Notes: generated from the sequence alone by a model not told the origin. Shown: positions 1-11,141, numbered from the stretch's first letter. The stretch: 64,000 nucleotides of DNA from an uncultured delta proteobacterium (GCA_963728565.1 CAVSLC010000013.1:128001-192000), one strand, 5' to 3'. Program-made: numbers and translations.

Positions 1-63
1 GTAAATCATAATGAAGGCCCAAACAATGCCATATGCTAGAAAGACAAATCCCCAAGAGCCCAC
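1..63 (-). CDS. ccmD: Heme exporter protein D (runs off the left edge of the window)
   Basis: GTG at 63..61 overlaps the ccmC stop. It reads MGSWGFVFLAYGIVWAFIMIY..., the hydrophobic 'FVxxAYG' N-terminus of CcmD, in the canonical position after ccmC. Not in the ORF track. Confidence 0.8.
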   Translation of the reverse strand, partial: MGSWGFVFLAYGIVWAFIMIY

Positions 64-770
64 TAATAGGCTCCTTGGTTAAGCCGGCGAGCCTTGATTT
101 CGCTGCGAACTTCACCGAGGCGCAGACGAAGCGAAAGAAGATAAAAATAGAGCAGAAGGAATCCGACAAAATTGATCGCTAGCGCAGTCAGCATTGCCGG
201 ATGAACATTCTCCCATGGAAGCTTATCAGGACGGAGGATCGAAGGCGGCTGATGCAGGGTGCGCCACCAGTACACCGACATATGGATCAATGGAATGTCG
301 AGAAAACCGATGATGCCAAGAATGGCGGCGGATAAAGCGGCCCGATCTTCATCGTCGATCAGAGAGCGAAGCATCAAATATCCGCTATAAATCAAGAGTA
401 GAATGGCCGTTAACGTCAAGCGGGCATCCCAGGTCCACCAGACGCCCCAGGTCGGCTTGCCCCAGATTGAGCCCTCGATGATAGTCAATGCGGTGAAAAG
501 AACGCCGAGTTCAGCGGCCGAATGAGCTAGATTATCATCGCGCTTTTCACGTTTCCATAAGTATAGGCAGCTACCAATAAAAACCAGGAAGAAGGAAAGG
601 TAGGCGGTAAGAATGCTCGGCAAATGAAGATACATGATGCGCTGGACATCGCCCTGAAGGGCATCACGCGGCGCTTGTACAAGCGCCCAGTAGAGCCCAA
701 GCGCAATCATGATCAGCGCTAAAGCGCCGAGGAGCCCCGCGCCGCGTTTTTGTGACTGCTCTTTTTTCAT
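63..770 (-). CDS. ccmC: Heme exporter protein C
   Basis: WWD motif WGKPTWGVWWTWDARLT, conserved His in YLHLP and TLHQP, several TM helices. Confidence 0.95.
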   Translation of the reverse strand: MKKEQSQKRGAGLLGALALIMIALGLYWALVQAPRDALQGDVQRIMYLHLPSILTAYLSFFLVFIGSCLYLWKREKRDDNLAHSAAELGVLFTALTIIEGSIWGKPTWGVWWTWDARLTLTAILLLIYSGYLMLRSLIDDEDRAALSAAILGIIGFLDIPLIHMSVYWWRTLHQPPSILRPDKLPWENVHPAMLTALAINFVGFLLLYFYLLSLRLRLGEVRSEIKARRLNQGAY

Positions 771-1447
771 CAGATTTCGATCACCCAGTCGAATACCAGC
801 ACTCCCAAGGTCAGAAATATCACATCAAATCCGATAAGAAGACGCAACCACGGAAGCGCGTCGCCGATCTCGCCGGCCCGAAGCACAGCTCCCAAGCACT
901 GGATGGTTGCCAGAATGACCGGAATCATCAGCGGAAAAAGCACCAACGGCAGCAGCAGCTCGCGAGCCCGGGCGCGTAAGGTCAACGCCGACATGACGGT
1001 GCCCAGCACGCAAAAACCTACGGTTCCCAATAAGGCGATCAAGACAACCTGCGGCACTAAACCCCATGTTTGCAGATTAAATAGTATCCAGAACAGCGGG
1101 ATGATGACGAGCTCGACAAGCAGCATCAATATAAAGTTCAAACAGACTTTGGCCAGAAAGAGCGCGCCGCGGTCGAGAGGCGAAAGCAACAACGCATCGA
1201 GACATTGATTCTCCCGCTCGGCGCCAAACAGTTGGGCGAGTCCTAAGGTTCCGGTGAACAGAAATGCGAGCCACAGGAGACCAGGGGCCATTTCCGAAAC
1301 TCTATCCGGCACCAGATCGAAGGAGAGATGAAAAACGAAGAGCAGGAGGGTGCCAAAGAAAAACATAGTCAGCAGGCTGTCGCGGCGGCGCAATTGCAAA
1401 ACCAGGTCTTTGCGCAGGACGAGATAGGTTTCTCGAAGCAGCTTCAT
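770..1447 (-). CDS. ccmB: Heme exporter protein B
   Basis: Hydrophobic 225 aa protein with PGLLW and LLPLVLFPLMIPVIL motifs, between ccmA and ccmC. Confidence 0.93.
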   Translation of the reverse strand: MKLLRETYLVLRKDLVLQLRRRDSLLTMFFFGTLLLFVFHLSFDLVPDRVSEMAPGLLWLAFLFTGTLGLAQLFGAERENQCLDALLLSPLDRGALFLAKVCLNFILMLLVELVIIPLFWILFNLQTWGLVPQVVLIALLGTVGFCVLGTVMSALTLRARARELLLPLVLFPLMIPVILATIQCLGAVLRAGEIGDALPWLRLLIGFDVIFLTLGVLVFDWVIEI

Positions 1448-2151
1448 GCTTCTCCATGCGGCAAAAATTCCCGGAAAGCCTGGTCGAAATCGGGCCAGGG
1501 TTGTTGGCGCGGCGCGTTGAAAGTCATTCGCCCCTGGTGGAGGATGATCGCGCGACTACAGATCTTCAGTACGCGCGAAACATGATGCGATGCCAGAATC
1601 ACAAGATTGCCTTTCCGGCAATGGGCCTTGAGAAATTCTTCGAGCAGATCAACGCCGCTGCCATCGAGCACGCCATAAGGTTCGTCGAGCAACAGCAGTC
1701 CCGGTTTGAGCAAATCCCATTTGGCTATCGAGAGGCGGCACTTCATCCCGCTCGATAGTGTCGATACGAATTCGTCGGCTCGGTCGCTGAGATCCACCGA
1801 TAAGAGCGCCGATCTGATATTAGCGGCATCGTGTTTCCGTCCATACAACGAGGTGAAAAACTCCAGGTTTTCACTCACGGTAAGATCTTCATAAAGATGG
1901 GCAGCCGGCGCAAGTAGGCCGATCTGAGCTCGCAACGATCCATTGGCGCGTGACAATGGCATACAGTCAAGCTCAATCTTTCCAAGGCTCGGCGGGGTCA
2001 GGCCGGCGATTAGTTTTAGTAGGGTGGTCTTACCGGCACCGTTGGGTCCGAGTAGAGCGACGAGTTCGCCTGGCACGAGATCCAAGTTCAGGTCCCGTAG
2101 CGCCCAGAAAAAACCGTAAGCCTTGGACAACTTCTTAACCGTCAAACGCAA
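1444..2151 (-). CDS. ccmA: Heme ABC exporter ATP-binding protein
   Basis: Walker A GPNGAGKT, signature LSSGM, Walker B LLLLDEP; first gene of the ccm operon. Confidence 0.92.
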   Translation of the reverse strand: MRLTVKKLSKAYGFFWALRDLNLDLVPGELVALLGPNGAGKTTLLKLIAGLTPPSLGKIELDCMPLSRANGSLRAQIGLLAPAAHLYEDLTVSENLEFFTSLYGRKHDAANIRSALLSVDLSDRADEFVSTLSSGMKCRLSIAKWDLLKPGLLLLDEPYGVLDGSGVDLLEEFLKAHCRKGNLVILASHHVSRVLKICSRAIILHQGRMTFNAPRQQPWPDFDQAFREFLPHGEA

Positions 2152-2329
2152 CGGAGTACCTGAAAGGAGTGCCGCGAATTCATTGGAGTTGATCGAATAT
2201 AGTGATCGCCGATCAAGGATTCAAGACTGTTTCGGACTGCGTCTGTCGTGGAGAAGTCGATTGACGATTTTCACCGATGTCGCCTATGTGTTAGAGTCGC
2301 GCGAATTCGAGCGACAATGAGGAGGAGTT

Positions 2330-3025
2330 ATGAACCCCGTGGTTACCGTGACCGGCGCCTGGAACGCCTTTGCGACTAAGATCGCTGCATTCCTGCCTGA
2401 TCTTATCGCAGCCATTTTCATCGTCGTATTTGGTTGGATTCTCTGTAACATCATCAAACGCATTGTCATTCGTGTTCTTCGCCTGGTTCATTTTGACACC
2501 GTCGCTGAACGCGCCGGCATAAAGCAAATTCTCGAACGCGGTGGAATTCAGCAGAGCCCCTCCGAAATTCTCGGCCTACTATTCTTCTGGTTCCTCTTTC
2601 TGATCGTGATCGTGGCGACCTTGGAAACGCTCAATCTTAGCGGCGCCACCGATACACTCAACGCTATCTATCTGTATCTCCCGAAGATTGCGGCGGCAAT
2701 CGTCATGTTGATTCTTGGCCTTTATTTCGCAAATTTTCTAGAAACCGTCACTCGAACTTCCTGCGCTAACGCCGGGTTGGAGCAGGCTGGCTCCATCGGG
2801 CGCGCCGCTTACGTCATTACAACAATATTTGTCGTTGCCGGCATTTTTGAAATCCTCGATATCGCCTCCGAGATTGTTATTTGGGCCTTTATTCTAGTCT
2901 TCGGCGCGGTTTGCCTGGCCTTGGCTTTAGCCTTCGGTTTGGGCGGTAGAGAGGTTGCCGGCCGTTACCTGGAAAAATGGTTGGAACAGAAAGATAACGA
3001 TAAGACGAAATTGATGCAGCCATGA
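2330..3025 (+). CDS. Small-conductance mechanosensitive channel-like membrane protein (TM_helix/CmpX type)
   Basis: Repeated 'FLPxLIAA' / 'YLPKIAAA' TM_helix motifs and C-terminal ALAFGLGGRE; RBS AGGAGG. Confidence 0.8.
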   Translation: MNPVVTVTGAWNAFATKIAAFLPDLIAAIFIVVFGWILCNIIKRIVIRVLRLVHFDTVAERAGIKQILERGGIQQSPSEILGLLFFWFLFLIVIVATLETLNLSGATDTLNAIYLYLPKIAAAIVMLILGLYFANFLETVTRTSCANAGLEQAGSIGRAAYVITTIFVVAGIFEILDIASEIVIWAFILVFGAVCLALALAFGLGGREVAGRYLEKWLEQKDNDKTKLMQP

Positions 3026-3197
3026 GATTCAAGTCGCGCGGCAATTCTCTCACTGTGGCCGGGCGCATGACCGTCTGGGTTCTGTAGGTTGGTTATTTGC
3101 GAATAACGAGTCTGAAAACTACTATCCGCAATCCTCAGAGTATTGATCGCCGCCCGGCTTTTGGGATTGACGCTTGCGTGGTTTGGTAGCCAATTCC

Positions 3198-3226
3198 TTG
3201 ACTCCCTCAATCCAATCAGATAACTT
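3198..3226 (+). promoter_or_regulatory. Putative sigma70 promoter of the icd operon
   Basis: TTGACT-N17-TAACTT about 80 nt upstream of the icd start. Confidence 0.45.
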
Positions 3227-3250
3227 CCAACCATTCAAAATTTTTCGAAC

Positions 3251-3287
3251 AATGCCTAAGGGTTAGATTAAGCTCTTAGGCATTTTT
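3251..3287 (+). promoter_or_regulatory. 14-bp hairpin plus short T-tract in the icd leader
   Basis: AATGCCTAAGGGTT / AGCTCTTAGGCATT stem (2 G-U pairs), loop AGATTA, followed by TTT. Confidence 0.5.
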
Positions 3288-3304
3288 ACAGGTCGAGGGA
3301 GGCT

Positions 3305-4711
3305 ATGGCGGAATACAGAGTGGTAAAAGTCCCGAAGGACGGCGCGAAGATCACCATGGGAGCCAACAAGCAGCTTCAGGTTCCCGACAATCCGATCATT
3401 CCATTCATCGAAGGCGACGGCACCGGCCGCGATATCTGGCGCGCTTCCGTGCGCGTCTTTGATACAGCGGTGGAAAAGGCTTACCAGGGCAAGAAGAAAA
3501 TCCGTTGGATGGAAGTTTACGCCGGAGAAAAATCCTTTAAGCAGTACAATAGCTGGTTGCATGAGGAGACCGTGCCGGCGTTTTCCGAGTTTCTCGTTGG
3601 CATCAAGGGGCCGCTGACGACTCCCATTGGCGGCGGTATGACTTCGCTAAACGTCGGACTGCGCAAGCTTCTCGATCTTTACGTCTGTCAGCGTCCGGTG
3701 CGTTATTTCAATGGTGTGCCTTCGCCGCTCAAGCATCCTGAATATGTCGATATGGTCGTGTTCCGTGAAAACACGGAGGATATCTACACCGGCATCGAGT
3801 TCCCCAACGGCACAGAAGCCAATGCCAAATTCAAATCGCTTCTCAAAGAGGCCTTTCCTAAAGAATTTGCCAAGATTCGCTTTCCCAATACCGCAGCGAT
3901 CGGCTTGAAGCCGGTATCGGTCGAAGGGACAGAGCGACTGGTGCGCGCAGCGATCCAATGGGCGCTCAAGAATAAGCGTAAGAACATCAATTTCGTCCAC
4001 AAGGGCAACATCATGAAATACACCGAAGGCGCTTTCGCGGAGTGGGGTTATGCGCTGGCCAAGCGTGAATTTCGCAATGATGTCGTGACCGAGCGCGAGT
4101 CGTGGATTCTGGGTAACAAGGAAGCCGATGCGAATGTCAGCGTGGAAAACAACGCCAAAATGATTGATCCGGGTTTCGACATGATGTCGCCGGCGCAGCA
4201 AAATGATATCAAGAAAGAAGTCGAAGAGGCGCTCAAACTTTGGCCGACCCATGGCGGCGGCAAGTGGAAATCGAAGCTCATGCTAAAAGACTCCATCGCC
4301 GACGTGACCCTGCAGTTCGTGCTGATCCGGCCCAAGGATTACGATGTGATTGCGACGATGAACTTGAACGGTGATTACCTCTCCGACGCGTTGGCAGCGC
4401 AAGTGGGCGGCATTGGCATCGCCCCAGGGGCGAATATCAATTATGACAGCGGCCATGCCGTGTTCGAAGCGACCCACGGAACGGCGCCAAAATACGCCGA
4501 TCTCGACAAAGTAAATCCAGGATCGGTCATTCTGTCCGGCGAGATGATGCTGCGTTACATGGGCTGGACGCAAGCCGCCGATCTGATCATTAAAGGCATC
4601 GAGGGTGCGGTTAACGCCAAAACAGTGACTTACGACTTTGAACGGCTGATGCCGGGCTCCAAGCTTGTGAGTTGCTCGGGGTTCGGCGACGCGATCATCG
4701 CCAATATGTGA
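3305..4711 (+). CDS. icd: NADP-dependent isocitrate dehydrogenase
   Basis: [34 protein letters not shown] and [10 protein letters not shown] motifs. Confidence 0.97.
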   Translation: MAEYRVVKVPKDGAKITMGANKQLQVPDNPIIPFIEGDGTGRDIWRASVRVFDTAVEKAYQGKKKIRWMEVYAGEKSFKQYNSWLHEETVPAFSEFLVGIKGPLTTPIGGGMTSLNVGLRKLLDLYVCQRPVRYFNGVPSPLKHPEYVDMVVFRENTEDIYTGIEFPNGTEANAKFKSLLKEAFPKEFAKIRFPNTAAIGLKPVSVEGTERLVRAAIQWALKNKRKNINFVHKGNIMKYTEGAFAEWGYALAKREFRNDVVTERESWILGNKEADANVSVENNAKMIDPGFDMMSPAQQNDIKKEVEEALKLWPTHGGGKWKSKLMLKDSIADVTLQFVLIRPKDYDVIATMNLNGDYLSDALAAQVGGIGIAPGANINYDSGHAVFEATHGTAPKYADLDKVNPGSVILSGEMMLRYMGWTQAADLIIKGIEGAVNAKTVTYDFERLMPGSKLVSCSGFGDAIIANM

Positions 4712-4761
4712 GCGGCCAGGCAGGGCGAGTGCGAATCTGATCGAACCAATTTGAGGATTTT

Positions 4762-5706
4762 ATGGCTAGGAAGAAGATAGCGCTGATCGGTGCCGGAAAC
4801 ATCGGCGGTTCGATGGCCCACCTTTGTTTGCTCAAGGGTTTAGGTGATGTGGTTCTTTTCGATGTTGTAGAGGGATTGCCCCAGGGCAAGGCGCTCGACT
4901 TATCTCATGCCGGACCCGTCGAAGGCTTTGACGGCAACGTCCTTGGCACCAATACCTATGAAGATATTGCCGGCGCTGACGTTTGTATTGTCACGGCAGG
5001 AATTGCCCGGAAACCCGGCATGAGCCGCGATGATCTTCTCGGAACCAACGCCAAAATCCTTACGTCGGTTGCCGACGGAATAAAAAAACACGCCCCGAAT
5101 TCGCTGGTCATTGTTGTTACCAATCCGTTGGACGCGATGGTCACATTGATGAAGAGGGCCACCGGTTTTCCCAAAAACCGAGTTGTCGGGCAGTCCGGAA
5201 TCCTGGACTCCTCCCGTTACCGATCGTTCATTGCCCGTGAACTCAACATTTCAGTAAATAGCGTCGCCGCCATGGTATTAGGCGGTCACGGAGACGACAT
5301 GGTTCCGGTTCGCAGCACCTGTATTATCGGCGGCGTGCCAGTTGAAAAGCTGATTCCAAGCAAGCGACTCGAAGAGATCGAAGCCAGGGTGCGCAATGCC
5401 GGTGGCGAGGTGGTCGCATTGTTGAAGACCGGATCGGCTTATTTCTCACCGGCATCGGCTGCCATTCGCATGGCCGAAGCTTACCTGTTTGATAAAAAGG
5501 AAATTCTACCTTGCGCGGCGTTGCTCGATGGCGAGTACGGCGTCAACGGCTATTACTTCTGTGTTCCGGTGATCCTTGGCGCCGGCGGCGTCGAAAAGAT
5601 CATCGAAATCGATTTGCACGCGGCGGATAGAAAAGCATTCGACGAGTCGCTGAATCACGTTAAAGATATTGTTCAAGCAATGGACCGTGTGTTGGGCACT
5701 GCTTGA
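4762..5706 (+). CDS. mdh: Malate dehydrogenase
   Basis: GAGNIG Rossmann motif, [10 protein letters not shown] loop, GGHGD. Confidence 0.97.
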   Translation: MARKKIALIGAGNIGGSMAHLCLLKGLGDVVLFDVVEGLPQGKALDLSHAGPVEGFDGNVLGTNTYEDIAGADVCIVTAGIARKPGMSRDDLLGTNAKILTSVADGIKKHAPNSLVIVVTNPLDAMVTLMKRATGFPKNRVVGQSGILDSSRYRSFIARELNISVNSVAAMVLGGHGDDMVPVRSTCIIGGVPVEKLIPSKRLEEIEARVRNAGGEVVALLKTGSAYFSPASAAIRMAEAYLFDKKEILPCAALLDGEYGVNGYYFCVPVILGAGGVEKIIEIDLHAADRKAFDESLNHVKDIVQAMDRVLGTA

Positions 5707-5732
5707 TCGTTGTTTGCGAGTCAAACGACAAG

Positions 5733-5775
5733 GAGGCCCTGAGACTCATAAATAGTCTTGGGGTCTCGTTTTGTT
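5733..5775 (+). terminator. Intergenic hairpin between mdh and sucC (terminator, processing or stabiliser element)
   Basis: GAGGCCCTGAGACT / AGTCTTGGGGTCTC 14-bp stem with G-U pairs, followed by GTTTTGTT. Confidence 0.4.
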
Positions 5776-5788
5776 GCGGGCTTTGCCT

Positions 5789-6955
5789 ATGAATATTCAC
5801 GAATATCAAGCCAAAGAGATTCTCAAGGGGTACGGCGTTGCGGTTCCCCGGGGCCAAGTTGCCGAAACGCCGGAAGAGGCCAAAGCGGCGGCAATTAGGC
5901 TTGGCGGTGGCACCTGTGTCGTTAAAGCTCAGATTCATGCCGGCGGGCGCGGCAAAGCGGGCGGCGTGAAGCTGGCGCGCAACCCTGAAGAGGCCGAACA
6001 AAAAGCTCGTGAAATGATCGGCAGAAATCTCGTCACCCATCAAACGGGACCAGAAGGCCGTCAGGTTAGGCGCGTGCTGATCGAAGAGGGGTTGAACATT
6101 GACCGTGAGCTCTACCTCGCTCTGGTTCTCGATCGCGCCGAGTCGCGAGTTTCGATGATCTGCTCTTCCGAAGGCGGCGTCGAGATCGAAGAGGTCGCCG
6201 AAAAACATCCCGAAAAGATCTTGAAAGAGACCATCGATCCGGTGATCGGCCTGGCGGGTTTTCAATGCCGGCGGCTTGCCTATGGTCTCAACATACCGGG
6301 TGAGCTGGTCGGCAAAATGACCGCTGTCATGCAAGCCCTGTATCGCGCCTTTGACGACGCCGATTGTTCGATCGCTGAGATAAACCCTCTAATCATAACT
6401 AAAGAGGGTCAGGTCATGGCATTGGACGCTAAGATGAACTTCGATAGCAATGCGCTCTATCGGCATAAGGATATCGTCGCGCTGCGTGATCTGAACGAGG
6501 AGGACCCGCGCGAAATCGAAGCAAGCAAGTTTGAGCTCTCCTATATCTCCTTGGATGGTAATATCGCTTGCATGGTTAACGGCGCCGGCCTCGCGATGGC
6601 GACCATGGATATCATCAAGCTGTGCGGTGGCGAGCCGGCGAATTTTTTGGATGTGGGCGGCGGCGCTTCCAAAGAAAAAGTTGCACAGGCCTTTAAGATT
6701 CTCCTTGCCGATCCTCGAGTGCGCGGCGTTCTGATCAATATTTTCGGTGGCATCATGCGCTGCGATGTGCTGGCTCAGGGTATCGTCGATGCGGCTCATG
6801 AGATGAACATTCAAGTGCCTCTGGTGGTGCGGATGGAGGGCACCAATGTCGCTCAGGGCAAGAAGATTCTCGCCGATTCAGGTATGGCGATCATCCCTGC
6901 CGAAACGATGGCGCAAGCGGCCGTAAAAATCGTTGCCGCTGTGGAGAAGCGATAG
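5789..6955 (+). CDS. sucC: Succinyl-CoA ligase beta subunit
   Basis: Starts MNIHEYQAK; [26 protein letters not shown] and NIFGGI motifs. Confidence 0.97.
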   Translation: MNIHEYQAKEILKGYGVAVPRGQVAETPEEAKAAAIRLGGGTCVVKAQIHAGGRGKAGGVKLARNPEEAEQKAREMIGRNLVTHQTGPEGRQVRRVLIEEGLNIDRELYLALVLDRAESRVSMICSSEGGVEIEEVAEKHPEKILKETIDPVIGLAGFQCRRLAYGLNIPGELVGKMTAVMQALYRAFDDADCSIAEINPLIITKEGQVMALDAKMNFDSNALYRHKDIVALRDLNEEDPREIEASKFELSYISLDGNIACMVNGAGLAMATMDIIKLCGGEPANFLDVGGGASKEKVAQAFKILLADPRVRGVLINIFGGIMRCDVLAQGIVDAAHEMNIQVPLVVRMEGTNVAQGKKILADSGMAIIPAETMAQAAVKIVAAVEKR

Positions 6956-6974
6956 TCTCTCAGGTAATCGTTAA

Positions 6975-7850
6975 ATGGCGATTCTGGTAAACAAGCAGAC
7001 CCGAGTATTGACCCAGGGGATCACCGGCGCCACCGGCCAATTTCATACCACAGCATGCAAAGAATACGGCACTCAGATGGTCGGCGGCGTGACCCCCGGC
7101 AAAGGCGGCACCAGCTATGACGGGATACCCATATTCGATACAGTTGCCCAGGCGGTAGCCGAGACGGCAGCGAATGCCACGGTCATCTATGTGCCGCCGC
7201 CGTTTGCCGCCGATGCGATTCTCGAGGCTGCTGATTCCGGCATCCCGTTGATCATCTGTATCACCGAAGGCGTGCCCGTGCGCGACATGGTACGAGTCAA
7301 ACGGTACCTGACCGGTAAGAGCTCGCAGCTATTAGGACCCAATTGTCCCGGCGTGATTACACCCGGCGAGTGTAAGATCGGCATCATGCCCGGGCATATT
7401 CATCGACAGGGGAGCATCGGTGTGGTTTCGCGCAGCGGCACCCTGACTTATGAGGCTGTCGATCAGTTGACCCGTCTAGGCCTGGGACAATCGACCTGTG
7501 TAGGAATTGGCGGTGATCCTGTGCATGGTTTTGAATTCGTCGATGTGCTGGACCTGTTTAATCGCGATCCGGGCACTGAAGCCGTCGTCATGATCGGCGA
7601 GATCGGCGGCAGCGCGGAAGAAGAAGCTGCCGCGTGGATCAAAGCCAACATGAAAAAACCAGTGATCGGCTTTATCGCCGGTCAAACTGCGCCGCCGGGC
7701 AAGAGAATGGGACACGCCGGGGCAATTATCTCCGGAGGCAAGGGTACCGCCCGCGAAAAGATTGAGGCGATGAAAGCGGCAGGGATCAGAATCTCGGACT
7801 CGCCGGCAACCATCGGCCAAACAATGCAGGAGGCTCTAACGAAATCATGA
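6975..7850 (+). CDS. sucD: Succinyl-CoA ligase alpha subunit
   Basis: [20 protein letters not shown], phospho-His motif RMGHAGA. Confidence 0.97.
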   Translation: MAILVNKQTRVLTQGITGATGQFHTTACKEYGTQMVGGVTPGKGGTSYDGIPIFDTVAQAVAETAANATVIYVPPPFAADAILEAADSGIPLIICITEGVPVRDMVRVKRYLTGKSSQLLGPNCPGVITPGECKIGIMPGHIHRQGSIGVVSRSGTLTYEAVDQLTRLGLGQSTCVGIGGDPVHGFEFVDVLDLFNRDPGTEAVVMIGEIGGSAEEEAAAWIKANMKKPVIGFIAGQTAPPGKRMGHAGAIISGGKGTAREKIEAMKAAGIRISDSPATIGQTMQEALTKS

Positions 7851-8275
7851 CTGAAGTAACGCTGTCGATTATCAAACCCGACGCGGTGCAGCGAAATCTC
7901 ATTGGCGAGATTCTCCGACGCTTTGAATCGGCCGGCTTGAAAGTGGTGGCGGGAAAGTTGCTCCGGCTCTCGCCGGAGCGCGCGCAGGCGTTCTATGCGG
8001 TGCACAAGGAGCGACCATTTTTTGCCGGCTTGTGCACGTACATGTCTTCCGGTCCAATTTTCGTCTCGGTACTCGAGGGCGAGGGCGCCATCGCCAAAAA
8101 CCGCGAGATCATGGGCGCCACCGACCCAGCTAAAGCCGCTCCAGGCACGATTCGCAAAGATTGCGGTACCGACGTCGAAGCCAATGCAGTGCACGGTTCC
8201 GATGGTCCGGAAACAGCCGCCGCTGAGATCGCTTTCTTTTTCAAACCGGAAGAGGTCTTTCGATCTTCGAAGTAA
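7847..8275 (+). CDS. ndk: Nucleoside diphosphate kinase
   Basis: IIKPDAV, GTIR, NAVHGSD. Confidence 0.97.
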   Translation: MTEVTLSIIKPDAVQRNLIGEILRRFESAGLKVVAGKLLRLSPERAQAFYAVHKERPFFAGLCTYMSSGPIFVSVLEGEGAIAKNREIMGATDPAKAAPGTIRKDCGTDVEANAVHGSDGPETAAAEIAFFFKPEEVFRSSK

Positions 8276-8301
8276 GCAATCTGCCGATTCACGAGCGCTC
8301 C

Positions 8302-9363
8302 GTGGTGAAGCCAAATATCAAGGATTTGAGCTTCAACGATTTTGAAGCCTATCTGCTCGAGCGCAAGCAGCCGGCTTACCGCGCGCGCCAGGTATGGCAG
8401 TGGCTGTACCAGAAACGCGCTGCTTCGTTCGCCGAAATGACCAATGTCTCGGGAGTTTTCCGCGAACAGCTAGCGGCAGATTTCAGCATTAGCCGGCTGG
8501 CAGTCGAGCGCAGGGCGGATTCCGCCGATGGCACGGTGAAGTTTCTGTTCCGATTGGCTGACGATCGCAGCATTGAGAGTGTTTTGATTCCGGAGACGAA
8601 CCGACTGACGCTTTGCATTTCAACTCAGGTCGGTTGCGCTTTTGGTTGCGCGTTTTGTGCTACTGCGCTTCTGGGCCTGAAGCGGAATCTTCGGGCCAGC
8701 GAAATTATCGATCAGATCCTGGAAGCCAGCCGGACTCTGACGGAAGACCGGCGGATTACAAATGTCGTGTTGATGGGCATGGGAGAACCGCTGGCGAATT
8801 ACGCGCAAACCGTCAAGGCCCTCAGAGTGATGACCGACAACAGCTGGGGCATCGGCATCTCGCCGCGACGAATCACCTTATCGACCGTTGGACTGGTGCC
8901 GCAGATACGCAAATTGATGGATGAAACCAACGTGAGTTTGGCCATTTCGCTGCATGCCGCCACTGACGAGTTGCGCGGCCAGTTGATGCCGGTAAATCGC
9001 AAATACTCACTACGGCAGTTGATGGATTGCTGCAGGGCCCTACCGATTCCGCGGCGCAAACGTATCACGTTCGAGTACGTGCTCTTGCGCGGCGTCAACG
9101 ATTCGGCCGCGGACGCTCATAGTTTGGTAGAACTTCTGCGCGGTGTCCGCTGTAAGATAAACTTGATCCCCTTCAATCCGCATCAGGGCAGTCATTATCA
9201 ACGGCCGGAAACCGAGAACGTCGAGGACTTCCAGCAGATTCTTTCCTCTAATGGGCTGCAGGTCAATGTTCGCCGTCCGAGAGGCGATGACATTGCGGCT
9301 GCCTGCGGTCAGTTGCAAGGTGAAACAATCAAGGAGATAGAAGGCGCGGCCGGTCACTGCTGA
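8302..9363 (+). CDS. rlmN: Dual-specificity RNA methyltransferase RlmN (radical SAM)
   Basis: CISTQVGCAFGCAFC, MGMGEP, SLHA, DIAAACGQL. Confidence 0.95.
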   Translation: MVKPNIKDLSFNDFEAYLLERKQPAYRARQVWQWLYQKRAASFAEMTNVSGVFREQLAADFSISRLAVERRADSADGTVKFLFRLADDRSIESVLIPETNRLTLCISTQVGCAFGCAFCATALLGLKRNLRASEIIDQILEASRTLTEDRRITNVVLMGMGEPLANYAQTVKALRVMTDNSWGIGISPRRITLSTVGLVPQIRKLMDETNVSLAISLHAATDELRGQLMPVNRKYSLRQLMDCCRALPIPRRKRITFEYVLLRGVNDSAADAHSLVELLRGVRCKINLIPFNPHQGSHYQRPETENVEDFQQILSSNGLQVNVRRPRGDDIAAACGQLQGETIKEIEGAAGHC

Positions 9364-9378
9364 AATCATCGAAACAAC

Positions 9379-10239
9379 ATGAACAAACAAGTCGTCGGTG
9401 TGATCGGCGGCAGCGGCCTTTACCAAATCGAAGGCTTGCAGCACGTCCGGGAACTTGATGTCAGCACTCCTTTCGGAAAACCTTCGGATAAATTCATTCA
9501 AGGGTTGCTGGGTGAGACGGAATTGCTGTTCCTGCCACGCCATGGCAGAGGGCATCGCTGGTTACCCACCGAGATAAATTTTCGCGCCAATATCTTCGGC
9601 ATGAAAAAGCTCGGGGTTGAGAGGATAATCTCGGTGAGCGCGGTGGGCAGCCTGCAGGAAAAGATCGCGCCCGGTCACGTGGTCATACCTAATCAATTCA
9701 TCGATCGCACGACACAACGCCCGAGCACCTTTTTTGGCAAGGGTGTAGTCGCTCATGTCAGTTTGGCCGACCCGTTCTGTAAAGAACTCTCGACTGAGTT
9801 GGCCAATGCGGCGAACGCAGCGGGGGCTACGATTCACCAAAGCGGCACCTACCTTTGTATGGAGGGGCCGCAGTTCTCAACTCGCGCCGAATCGCATCTT
9901 TATCGCAATTGGGGCGCCGACATCATAGGCATGACCAACCTGCAGGAAGCCAAATTGGCCCGGGAAGCAGAGATCTGTTTCGCCACGTTGGCGTTGGCTA
10001 CCGATTATGATTGCTGGAATGAATCGGCTGGTGATGTGGAAATCGATCACGTGCTGGCGGTGTTACAGCAGAACGTCGATTTGGCGAAAAGGACCATCCG
10101 GGAGGCGATTAAAAATATCAGCGATGCACGCACCTGTGGCTGCGCCTCCGCCTTGAAAACCGCGATCATCACCGAGAAATCCAAAATCCCCAAGAAAGTA
10201 CGGCGTGATCTGCGCCCGATCATTGGCAAATATCTATGA
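9379..10239 (+). CDS. mtnP: S-methyl-5'-thioadenosine phosphorylase
   Basis: GVIGGSG, PRHG, MEGPQFSTRAES, GMT, TDYDCW. Confidence 0.93.
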   Translation: MNKQVVGVIGGSGLYQIEGLQHVRELDVSTPFGKPSDKFIQGLLGETELLFLPRHGRGHRWLPTEINFRANIFGMKKLGVERIISVSAVGSLQEKIAPGHVVIPNQFIDRTTQRPSTFFGKGVVAHVSLADPFCKELSTELANAANAAGATIHQSGTYLCMEGPQFSTRAESHLYRNWGADIIGMTNLQEAKLAREAEICFATLALATDYDCWNESAGDVEIDHVLAVLQQNVDLAKRTIREAIKNISDARTCGCASALKTAIITEKSKIPKKVRRDLRPIIGKYL

Positions 10240-11141
10240 GCATCTTAGTTGTTGGAACAGTCGCTTTCGATTCAATTGAGACTCCGTTCGGATCCGCTGA
10301 GCGGATTCTCGGCGGTTCGGCATCCTACTTTGCGTTGGGCGCCAGTTTTTTCGCTCCGGTAAGGATCGTTGGCGTAATCGGTCAGGACTTTCCGCAAGAA
10401 TATTTGGATCTGTTTCGCCAACGGCAAATCGATCTCGAGGGCATCCAAAAAGCGAGCGGCGATACCTTTCACTGGCGCGGCAGATATCACGAAGATATCA
10501 ACGTGCGCGATACGCTGGAGCTTCATCTTAATGTTTTGTCCGGTTTTGTGCCCGATCTTCCGGAGCAGTATCGTGACGCCGAGTATGTCTTTCTCGGCAA
10601 CATCGACCCGTTGATGCAGCTCGAAGTGCTCAATCAGATTCGCCGCATGCGCCTGGTGGTCTGTGACACGATGGATCACTGGATACGCGAAAGCCTGGAC
10701 GGTTTACGCCAGGTGCTAAAGCGCATCGAAATGCTGGTAGTCAACGATTCCGAAGCACGGTTGCTGAGCGGTGAGAGCAATATCGTGCGCGCGGCGCGCG
10801 CGATACTTAAAATGGGCCCCAAGGTCGTACTCGTCAAGCGCGGCGAATACGGTGTGCTGCAGTTCTCCGATTCATCGATTTTTGCTACCCCGGCTTATCC
10901 ATTGGAAGAAGTGTTCGATCCTACCGGCGCCGGCGATTCATTTGCCGGAGGCTTTCTCGGGCAATTGGCTCGCTCCGGGGATCTGACTCAGCAGGGAATC
11001 CGTCGCGCGATCGTCTATGGCACCGTCGTAGCCTCCTTTACCGTGGAAGATTTCGGTGTCAAACGGCTGGCGAGCATCGCGCTGCAGGATATCGAAGAAC
11101 GCTACCGAAGCTTCGCACAGCTCACTGATTTTCACACCTGA
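10236..11141 (+). CDS. PfkB-family carbohydrate/nucleoside kinase
   Basis: GGSASY and DPTGAGDSFAGG signature. Confidence 0.9.
   Translation: MSILVVGTVAFDSIETPFGSAERILGGSASYFALGASFFAPVRIVGVIGQDFPQEYLDLFRQRQIDLEGIQKASGDTFHWRGRYHEDINVRDTLELHLNVLSGFVPDLPEQYRDAEYVFLGNIDPLMQLEVLNQIRRMRLVVCDTMDHWIRESLDGLRQVLKRIEMLVVNDSEARLLSGESNIVRAARAILKMGPKVVLVKRGEYGVLQFSDSSIFATPAYPLEEVFDPTGAGDSFAGGFLGQLARSGDLTQQGIRRAIVYGTVVASFTVEDFGVKRLASIALQDIEERYRSFAQLTDFHT

Noticed and set aside
4709-5706. Genome-wide TGA reassignment as an explanation for the SQR read-through
   Set aside because: icd, mdh, pyk and other genes end at TGA at their expected C-termini, and no other gene shows an internal TGA.
9355-9381. rlmN ends ...GHC-TGA, in frame with the mtnP start 15 nt later (possible Cys-Sec or read-through fusion)
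   Set aside because: RlmN is already complete, the tail is not conserved, there is no convincing SECIS hairpin, and in-frame spacing occurs by chance one time in three.
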